DNA of 64,000 nucleotides from Escherichia phage vB_EcoS_HdH2: sequence record NC_048748.1; one strand, 5' to 3'. Shown piece by piece: positions 56,918 to 64,000 of this stretch (position 1 is its first letter; each line of letters starts with the position of its first letter). The notes under the pieces were generated by a model. It saw only the letters and a program-made list of their open reading frames with translations, ran no database searches and was not told where the DNA came from. The position numbers and the translations under genes were made by a program.

Positions 56918-57410
56918 TACTCCAATTATTTTTCTAGACATTGATGGGGTGCTCAATTCGAGCATCTCCCACCATCATGCACCTGATGATGAAAAGATTT
57001 TCTTTGGAAGTGACTGGGTTTTCAAACCGCTTCTCAAGGCTTTTCAGGACTTTATTCGTCCTTCTCCGATAATGATTGTTGGAGTATCCTCATGGTTCTC
57101 TGTCAGGAATGAGATGGAGAACGTTCAGATTATGACCGGATTAGGTCTTATCGATCGTTTTCTTGGTACAACGGATTTTACTGGTGGTGGGCTATCTAGG
57201 GGTAATTCTGTTCTTCGCTTCGTTGAAAAGCATAAGCTCAAACATTGGTGTGTGCTGGATGATGCCGGTGCTATGATGTATCAGTATCCAACGGTTATAG
57301 TCAATGGTAGAACAGGAATAAATCTTCAGGATTTAAAAGCTGTTAGCTATATGCTAGAATTTAGCCCAGATCTTGAAATGTGTAAATCCTTACAACAATT
57401 TAAGGTGTAA
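56904..57410 (+). CDS. HAD-superfamily phosphatase-like protein
   Basis: FLDIDGVL N-terminal DxDGxL motif. Confidence 0.5.
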   Translation: MEISNTPIIFLDIDGVLNSSISHHHAPDDEKIFFGSDWVFKPLLKAFQDFIRPSPIMIVGVSSWFSVRNEMENVQIMTGLGLIDRFLGTTDFTGGGLSRGNSVLRFVEKHKLKHWCVLDDAGAMMYQYPTVIVNGRTGINLQDLKAVSYMLEFSPDLEMCKSLQQFKV

Positions 57411-57412
57411 AT

Positions 57413-57841
57413 ATGTTCAATAATGTATTCTCTAAAGAAGCTAACCCAATTTTGGTTAACTTTTGGCGTACTCTCCCGGCTAGCCTGTATAATGAGGCTA
57501 TTAACTCCTTGAAAATATGGTGTGAGAATAACGAAATCTCCTTTGCTTTTAAAGATGATATTGATGAGGCCCCCTGTATTGGTTTAATTGTTCAGGTAGA
57601 GGAGGGTCTTGAAGAAATTGTCGGCTGGAAAGAGTTAGATGAAATGGGCTTAGTTTTTGCGTTAAACTATAAGCTGTTTATGCCTGCTAAGCATCGCCTC
57701 GTTGTTAACTATAAAACCAGTGAATCTCCTGGCTTTCAAGTTAATGAACATTACGGTTGGTCTTACTCACCGGAAGAAGTAAATGAGGGGATTCAGAAAC
57801 TTCGACGTTTCGGGTATATGATCCCAGGTTTAACCGCCTAA
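57413..57841 (+). CDS. hypothetical protein, paralog A of a tandem pair
   Basis: Shares PCIG, MGL(V/I)(F/V)ALN and Y(M/V)(I/V)PGL blocks with 57851-58243. Confidence 0.5.
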   Translation: MFNNVFSKEANPILVNFWRTLPASLYNEAINSLKIWCENNEISFAFKDDIDEAPCIGLIVQVEEGLEEIVGWKELDEMGLVFALNYKLFMPAKHRLVVNYKTSESPGFQVNEHYGWSYSPEEVNEGIQKLRRFGYMIPGLTA

Positions 57842-57850
57842 GGGGGCACA

Positions 57851-58243
57851 ATGGAACAAGTATATTGGCGTCAGATTGATCCTAGTTTGGTGAAGCGTGC
57901 GGAGAAGCTGCTACAACGTTGGTTGGTGGTAAGACAAGCCTCCTTCACTTTTCCGGAGCAGCAAACGGATGATCCATGCATTGGCGTTTTCCTGTCTGGA
58001 TATGCCGGGGAGTGGGAATTGGATTGGAATGAATTGTCTGCTATGGGCTTGATTGTTGCCCTAAACTTCTCTATATTCCATCCACGTGGTTTGGCCATAT
58101 GTCGTGTGCCTGATGACGGTTGTTCGCCCCATCTTTTACAGGTGGAAGATGATATTTGGGAGTACACTCCAGGTATTCTCAAAGAAGCTAAAGAACAATT
58201 AAATCGTGTTGGGATCTATGTTCCGGGGCTAAATGATGAATGA
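57851..58243 (+). CDS. hypothetical protein, paralog B of a tandem pair
   Basis: See paralog A. Confidence 0.5.
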   Translation: MEQVYWRQIDPSLVKRAEKLLQRWLVVRQASFTFPEQQTDDPCIGVFLSGYAGEWELDWNELSAMGLIVALNFSIFHPRGLAICRVPDDGCSPHLLQVEDDIWEYTPGILKEAKEQLNRVGIYVPGLNDE

Positions 58244-58266
58244 GTTTTATTAGCTGAACTCTGATT

Positions 58267-58291
58267 ACCGAGTCATTTTGGCTCGGTTTTA
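58267..58291 (+). terminator. Rho-independent terminator
   Basis: ccgagtcattttggctcgg then tttt. Confidence 0.5.
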
Positions 58292-58860
58292 TCCGTACTC
58301 AAGACCAGTGATAGCATCTTTGGAAAAAATTTACTTGCATGATGCTCAAAATCTTGATATAATATTTATATTGAATCGAGAGACATTAGTAAAAATTAAT
58401 TTTGCTAATTTTTCTTGTTTACAATCCGCGATACGGAACAGTTAGGCTGCCCCATTAAGGGTTGTTTTAACTATTACTAGTGTTTATATTGCATTAGTTA
58501 ATCTTCAATTAAGTGATCTGTGTACCCTGAATTCGGAAAGGTAAATCCAAACCGTGCATATTTAGCTCGTTATATAGGCAGAGTTTTATATGGGGGTGCG
58601 AACGAAAAGAGCAGCGAATGGCGGCACGTACAGTAGTCACCTACCAATAGGATAGTGAGGACAAATAGAATCGGCTTAGCGGCCAATGACCTAGGTTCTA
58701 TTCTGTATATGAGCGAAGAGAGCACAGCACTGAGATATGATAACTTATTCATATTGTTTGATGATAATTGATGTTTACGTAAATAGTAGTAATAGTTGTT
58801 CTATTCTTTCTGAATAGTCCTAAAGAAAAGATTTCGATTAACCAACACAGGAGTATTGTT

Positions 58861-61650
58861 GTGTTTTCTATCCTCCAAGGTCACGCTGGGTTTTCTCGTG
58901 ATTTAGCAACAGGTATTTGGCGAGAAATCAAAGCGGAAGATTATACCTTTGCCAAGCGATTCTCGAAAGAGCATCCAGAAGGTAAACCAGCTTCTATGCC
59001 CTTCAAATTTGATGTAATAGAAGAGCACGACCCTCAAAGCCTTGCCGAAATGTTACCACTTATGAGACGTTTAACGTCTGACCCTCATATCGTTGCGGTA
59101 CGAGGTCGGTGTCTTGCACCTAAAAATAACGTGCGACGTAAGAAAGGTAACTTTAATGTATCTAATCCTAGTAATATTATTGCTATGGACGTGGATGGTA
59201 TCCTAGATACCGGTGGGTATGACAAGTTTAACCTTGTTGGTATGGCCCGCCACATTATTAAGATGTTGAATAGTATTAGTGAGGACATGTTCCCTCTTGA
59301 TGCAGGCTTTATAGCTCATGCATCGTCTTCGGCTGGGCTAAAACCAGGTATCCGAATGCACTTAATGCTAGAATCTAACGTCAAGGTAACTCAGGGTCAG
59401 TTAAAGTTCTTATTTACATCTATCAACGATAGTAGTAAGCAAAAATTTGGTTTTGATATTGCCGACTTAGCTTATTATTCATCTGTCCAGCTCCACTATT
59501 TTGCCGACCCCTTATTTAGTGATGGTATTGTTGATCCGTTTAAAGCGGAGAGTAAGCCACGTCTGGTGTATGTTAAAGGTTCGAAAGTAAATTTGCCCAA
59601 TAATCTGGTTGACTATGAAACAACTAGAGGGGAGTTTAAGGAAGAGTTTTATTCTTTACTTGATCAAATTAAAGGCAAAAAGATCGCGTCTGATAAAGTA
59701 GAAGAAACCATCAGCGAATTGGAAGAAGCTGAGGATGGGGTGTACCTGCGTATTATCCCCAAACTCTACCATAGAGCATTAGAGGATGGTGTTGATTTTG
59801 CATGGCTAGAACGTGAGATTAAACCCGCTTTATCTGAATATATTGCAACTAAAGATAACAGTCGTAATATTCAAGATTACTTTAATAACGGTCGTAAGCA
59901 GGCTCTCAAAGCGTTTGTTAATAATTCTAAACGTGAGATTCCATTAAATCTGAAAGGTGTTCCGCTCAAGAAATTAGAAGTGGATTCTCCACCAGAAGTT
60001 CCGTACCTGAAGATTAACATTGTGCCTCCAAAAGGCCATATAACATTTGTTAAAGCAAGTCTTGGTACTGGTAAGACTACGGCAGTAACTAAATGGCTGG
60101 ACGCAGGTGTTCTTCCTGGCAACTTTTTAGCAGTTACAAATACTAGAGCACTGGTATCTTCAAACGCTAAGAAATTTAGCGCAGGACAATATGATAAGTC
60201 TGTAGATATGCTCAACTTTAAACGTGGAGCTATTGATCGTATGTCCACGACTATTCACTCTTTGCATAAGTTCAAAAGTTTTATTGGTCAAATAGATACC
60301 ATTTTTATTGATGAATGTGATGCTGTAATGAATGATCTATTATTCGCACCTGTTGTTAAGCAACGTCGCGAATGTATTCAAGTTCTACGTGACATCCTCA
60401 TGACAGCTAAAACTGTAATTCTATCAGATGGTGATATTAGTGCCGAAACTATTGAAGCATATGGTTCTCTAATTGATTTTGATAAACCAGTAGCATTTTA
60501 TAATCATCACCGTAAGATGCTGTCAAAAGCTCATGCTTATGAGTTCCCTGATGAATCCAGTATTTGGGTTGCACTTCAGACTTCCCTGGAGATGGGTGAG
60601 AAATCTATCCTAGTATCTGACTGTGGGCCAGATGAACTGAATGAGAAGGGCATGGCGTTGCGTCGTAATACGGGTGCGTTAGTTAAGGAAATCCACTCAA
60701 ACTCTACGTCTGATGTAGATATTAGACGTATTCTGGATTACACAACTAATGAACTAATTGATCAACAAATTGATTGCTTATTATGTAGTCCATCCGTAAC
60801 GAGTGGTGTTGACTTTAACTATTTTGATAACGTATTTGTTATTACTAGAACTAGTAATCAAGCGCCAAACATGCGCTTTCAAGCAATCAGGCGCGACCGT
60901 GGTGCTCAGAATATCTATTATTTTATTGATAAATCCACTAGTGGATTCTCCGCAGGTTCTGAACAGTATAATATTGATGAAGGTTGGCTGGAGTTAGCAC
61001 AGCAATTATACGCACGTCGCAGGGAGCTGGAATCTAGGAACTATACTAGTACTTTACGTTATTACTTGCTTGATCAAGGTGCAACTATTGATATTTTCAG
61101 CGAAAGCTGGGGAACTATTGAAGGTGCTGGTAAAGAATATACAGAAGAGCGAATCAAAGCCATTCTGCATTCAACTCCGGATTATTGTGCTCCACGTCAT
61201 GCGGATGCGTATGAAGCTAAACTACTTCTTGTTCGCTATTATCATCTTGAGTCTATTAAAGATGTAACAGTTGAGCATGTTGAACAATATATCAAAGATA
61301 AACCGAATGATCGAGCCGCCTTCTTCCATAAGATGCACGAGATGTTTTGGGAAGATATTAAGAAGTGTTCAAATGTAACCATTAAACCATTCATAGAAGC
61401 TCTGAAAGGTAAGAAAAAGGACTTCTTCCTTAAAACAGGTCAAAGTGCTAACCCAAAATATGCTAGAATGTATCTTGGTATGATGGGTATTGGTAAGGAT
61501 ATGAACACTGAAAATATCGTAGACTGGTATAGAACCTATTGTAAAATCGAGTGTATGCCAATCCCTTATAAGTTCATGACTGACGAGGAAAGACATATGC
61601 ACGATGAAGCAATGGCAGAGCTAGGTGCTAGAAATGACAGTGAAGAATAA
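58861..61650 (+). CDS. Replication initiator-like protein with P-loop NTPase/helicase core
   Basis: 929 aa, GTG start after aggag; Walker A ASLGTGKTT and Walker B IFIDECD. Confidence 0.55.
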   Translation: MFSILQGHAGFSRDLATGIWREIKAEDYTFAKRFSKEHPEGKPASMPFKFDVIEEHDPQSLAEMLPLMRRLTSDPHIVAVRGRCLAPKNNVRRKKGNFNVSNPSNIIAMDVDGILDTGGYDKFNLVGMARHIIKMLNSISEDMFPLDAGFIAHASSSAGLKPGIRMHLMLESNVKVTQGQLKFLFTSINDSSKQKFGFDIADLAYYSSVQLHYFADPLFSDGIVDPFKAESKPRLVYVKGSKVNLPNNLVDYETTRGEFKEEFYSLLDQIKGKKIASDKVEETISELEEAEDGVYLRIIPKLYHRALEDGVDFAWLEREIKPALSEYIATKDNSRNIQDYFNNGRKQALKAFVNNSKREIPLNLKGVPLKKLEVDSPPEVPYLKINIVPPKGHITFVKASLGTGKTTAVTKWLDAGVLPGNFLAVTNTRALVSSNAKKFSAGQYDKSVDMLNFKRGAIDRMSTTIHSLHKFKSFIGQIDTIFIDECDAVMNDLLFAPVVKQRRECIQVLRDILMTAKTVILSDGDISAETIEAYGSLIDFDKPVAFYNHHRKMLSKAHAYEFPDESSIWVALQTSLEMGEKSILVSDCGPDELNEKGMALRRNTGALVKEIHSNSTSDVDIRRILDYTTNELIDQQIDCLLCSPSVTSGVDFNYFDNVFVITRTSNQAPNMRFQAIRRDRGAQNIYYFIDKSTSGFSAGSEQYNIDEGWLELAQQLYARRRELESRNYTSTLRYYLLDQGATIDIFSESWGTIEGAGKEYTEERIKAILHSTPDYCAPRHADAYEAKLLLVRYYHLESIKDVTVEHVEQYIKDKPNDRAAFFHKMHEMFWEDIKKCSNVTIKPFIEALKGKKKDFFLKTGQSANPKYARMYLGMMGIGKDMNTENIVDWYRTYCKIECMPIPYKFMTDEERHMHDEAMAELGARNDSEE

Positions 61651-61867
61651 AAAATGGGAAACAAGGAAGTTTCCAGTAAAAGAACGTAAAGTTCCTGTTT
61701 ACGATACTTCGGAAAAGCTATGTAGGGTGGTACCGCACAGATTAGCTGGCATCCCTAACATATCCGAATGGTTACTTAAACAACGGAGGACTAACGTATC
61801 TCTTCGCATAGGGTTTGAGTTAGATAAAGTATATGCTGAACTTTCTTCTTTGCTCAAAGAATCATAA
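61625..61867 (+). CDS. hypothetical protein
   Basis: 80 aa. Confidence 0.35.
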   Translation: MLEMTVKNKKWETRKFPVKERKVPVYDTSEKLCRVVPHRLAGIPNISEWLLKQRRTNVSLRIGFELDKVYAELSSLLKES

Positions 61868-61876
61868 AAAATTTAT

Positions 61877-61905
61877 TTGCTTTCAGGAAAATTTTTCTGT
61901 ATAAT
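61877..61905 (+). promoter_or_regulatory. T5 PN25-type early promoter (TTGCTT-17-TATAAT with A-rich UP region)
   Basis: tcataaaaaatttatttgctttcaggaaaatttttctgtataatagattcataaatttgagag matches the PN25 sequence as recalled from T5-promoter expression vectors. Confidence 0.75.
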
Positions 61906-61938
61906 AGATTCATAAATTTGAGAGAGAGGAGTTTAAAT

Positions 61939-62643
61939 ATGGCTGGTTCTCGCAGAAAGAAACATATCCATGAAATCCCGGATGAAGTCTTTAAAAAAGT
62001 TATAGAGCATCTGGAGAACGGTGGTACTAAGAAAGCAGCATGTGAAATGCTCGGCGTATCATCCAACCCAACTATGGAAAGGATGATAGAAGAGTGGCAA
62101 GATCGCCAAATTCAAGTTGCCGAGATGAAGAAAAAGAAACGTGGCACACTCATTGAAGGCATTGAGTTAGCTAACGTTATTGAGCAGTATTTATCTGGTG
62201 ATTCTTTTGAAGAAATTGCCGATCGTAATTACCGCTCTGTAGCAATGGTTAAATCTGTTCTGGAACGATATGGTGCTCTACTTCGTTTGAACGATATTGT
62301 AGATCCATTGAATCCTCCAATTATTCCTGATGATGCTGTAGCAGAAGAATTTGCAGTTGGTGAGCTTGTTTGGGTTCCTGGGTACCAGTGTATCGGTGAA
62401 ATCAAAAAAGCAATGGATAATCCTGTTGGCTGTTATCGAGTCTGGTTACTATCGGAAGGCAAACAACAGAACGTTCATTATATGAATTACGAGCTGGCCT
62501 CTGTTAAACATCTGGAAAAGTTAGGGGTTGATGTAAAGTCTCTGGGGTATAAATGGACTCGGGAAGAAGTCATTACGTTGATTAACGAAGCTGTTAAGGC
62601 CGCCTTGAAACTTGATAAAGAAAAAGGAAAACGCCGTGAGTAG
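61939..62643 (+). CDS. putative DNA-binding protein
   Basis: ORF 61918-62643 trimmed to MAGSRRKK after gagaggag RBS; helix-turn-helix-like segment GGTKKAACEMLGVS. Confidence 0.45.
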   Translation: MAGSRRKKHIHEIPDEVFKKVIEHLENGGTKKAACEMLGVSSNPTMERMIEEWQDRQIQVAEMKKKKRGTLIEGIELANVIEQYLSGDSFEEIADRNYRSVAMVKSVLERYGALLRLNDIVDPLNPPIIPDDAVAEEFAVGELVWVPGYQCIGEIKKAMDNPVGCYRVWLLSEGKQQNVHYMNYELASVKHLEKLGVDVKSLGYKWTREEVITLINEAVKAALKLDKEKGKRRE

Positions 62644-62887
62644 ACTAACTGATTTACTTAAAGATGGGGAAGTAAAAACACTATATCGTAGAAGCTGGGA
62701 TAACGATAATAACGGCTTAGTGTTACTAACTTTAGATGCTGACTCGGATGTAGCTACTCAGCATACCTGGGTAGCCGGTAACTATCCATACAGCGAGGTT
62801 GTTTCATTAACAGTATGCGAAGCTATTGCAGACGATTGGGAGGTTGCCAGCATCGAGGATATGCTCGCTGTTGGCCTGGTGGAGTAA
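62612..62887 (+). CDS. hypothetical protein
   Basis: 91 aa. Confidence 0.4.
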   Translation: MIKKKENAVSRLTDLLKDGEVKTLYRRSWDNDNNGLVLLTLDADSDVATQHTWVAGNYPYSEVVSLTVCEAIADDWEVASIEDMLAVGLVE

Positions 62888-62990
62888 CTACTTAAAAATT
62901 TCAGTTGCTTAATCCTACAATTCTTGATATAATATTCTCATAGTTTGAAAGAACTATTCTGTTTAATTCTTAATTAAGGAAATATAAAAT

Positions 62991-63401
62991 ATGACTACTC
63001 CAACTCAGTGGACTGATGAACTGTTCGAAAAAATGTCTTCCGAATACGTTGCTCGTATGGAGCAATTCCCAGAGGATGAACGTCCGGGTGTTAGCATGGA
63101 AATTGTTAGCGAAATTGCCCAGGAAAACGGCGTAACTCCGAACGGTTTTCGTATGAAGCTGACTAAAGCAGGTTTGTATATCAAGAAAGCTGCTGGCTCT
63201 GCTTCTAAATCTAGCGCATCTACTGGAGAAAAAGCTTCCAGTGGTTCTCGTACCTCCAAAGCCCAGGCTCATGCCGACCTTCGTTCAGCATTCTCTGATG
63301 CTGGCCTAGCACCAGATTTTCTGGATGATGCAATTATCGACAAACTGACCGGCAAAGCGGCTGCTCATCTGGCAGAAGCAATCCGAGCTATCACTAAGTA
63401 A
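62991..63401 (+). CDS. hypothetical protein
   Basis: 136 aa, Ser/Ala-rich linker. Confidence 0.45.
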   Translation: MTTPTQWTDELFEKMSSEYVARMEQFPEDERPGVSMEIVSEIAQENGVTPNGFRMKLTKAGLYIKKAAGSASKSSASTGEKASSGSRTSKAQAHADLRSAFSDAGLAPDFLDDAIIDKLTGKAAAHLAEAIRAITK

Positions 63402-63437
63402 TTTTTAGATAAATCCACCAACAAAAGGAACACAGTT

Positions 63438-63734
63438 ATGACCAAAGCTGAAATTATTGCACAATGTGAAAAATTTGGTGAGTTTTATCTTCATTACGAG
63501 AAACTTCGTCAGAAAGGAACCACATACCTTCAGGGTACGATGGAATTTGATCCAGCCCAGGATAAATATCTGGCTGAGCGTATTAAACGTGAACGTATTC
63601 GTAAAGCGAAAGATGATGAAATCCTTGTCTTCTCTCGTACTAATGATAGTTTCCGTTTTATTCCTGTCGAGAAAGTCCGTCGTGTGACTAGCCTCCAATC
63701 AGAGTTAGATCGTGCCTCTCCAGTAGGCCGATAA
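63438..63734 (+). CDS. hypothetical protein
   Basis: 98 aa. Confidence 0.45.
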   Translation: MTKAEIIAQCEKFGEFYLHYEKLRQKGTTYLQGTMEFDPAQDKYLAERIKRERIRKAKDDEILVFSRTNDSFRFIPVEKVRRVTSLQSELDRASPVGR

Positions 63735-63742
63735 GAAACCAA

Positions 63743-63768
63743 TTAGCCCCTATATGGGGCTTTTTGTG
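63743..63768 (+). terminator. Rho-independent terminator
   Basis: agcccctatatggggct then ttttgtg. Confidence 0.55.
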
Positions 63769-63784
63769 TATTTGGGATATGTAA

Positions 63785-64000
63785 ATGAGCGAACAGGTAA
63801 ATCAAAACTATGAAGGACACGTTGATGACCAGTCCATCATACTTTGGGAGAAGGAGGGAGAACAAGTAAGATTAACAGTATCTGAATTTCGTGGGAATCT
63901 ATACATGGGTATTCGTTACTGGCTTCTTGATATTAATGATGAATGGTTTCCAACGAAATCTGGCTTCTCTTTTCCTTACACTCTAGAAACAACATCACAG
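63785..64000 (+). CDS. hypothetical protein (3' end outside window)
   Basis: ATG at 63785 (MSEQVNQNYEGH...) with open frame to window end. Confidence 0.3.
   Translation, partial: MSEQVNQNYEGHVDDQSIILWEKEGEQVRLTVSEFRGNLYMGIRYWLLDINDEWFPTKSGFSFPYTLETTSQ

Noticed and set aside
59085-61602. Minus-strand ORFs 59085-59288, 59877-60248 and 61369-61602 and plus-strand ORFs 60803-60997 and 61070-61267 inside the 929-aa gene
   Set aside because: Internal to a long, well-supported plus-strand CDS
62970-63742. Antisense ORFs 62970-63272, 63005-63259, 63405-63698 and 63530-63742
   Set aside because: Overlap plus-strand genes that have RBSs and a terminator; antisense frames lack signals

Overview
This window reads as the left ~64 kb of a T5-like siphovirus (Tequintavirus-type) genome; a fully ORF-free ~40-nt stretch at 61868-61907 is the T5 PN25 early promoter sequence as I remember it, and gene content and order agree. 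Positions 1-10.5 kb resemble the T5 pre-early (first-step-transfer) region: dmp 5'-deoxyribonucleotidase, A1, an A2-like protein, HNH endonucleases, a 3-kb plus-strand block of small genes bracketed by 40-bp inverted repeats with DnaA boxes, and a dense non-coding repeat field (9.1-10.6 kb). From 10.8 to 52.8 kb nearly all genes are on the minus strand behind a reiterated sigma70-type promoter (TTGCTT-17-TATAAT): many small unknown proteins, metallophosphatases, endolysin and holin, dNMP kinase, ClpP-like protease, a GrcA-like glycyl radical cofactor, about 25 tRNA genes (27.5-35.6 kb plus one at 39.1 kb), SPFH, YqeY-like, SleB-like hydrolase, NADAR, RNase H, ThyA, DHFR, NrdB, NrdA and PhoH. 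A plus-strand block (53.1-64 kb) carries nrdD, Sir2-like and HAD-like proteins, a paralog pair and a 929-aa replication initiator-like NTPase. The most unusual features are a perfect 88-bp-arm palindrome that splits nrdD and a self-contained plus-strand three-gene cassette (Gly-zipper/Q-N-rich, Q-rich and Cys-rich proteins) inside the tRNA/early region. All calls are from reading sequence and translations by eye; no searches were run, and tRNA anticodons and exact ends are hand-folded and approximate.
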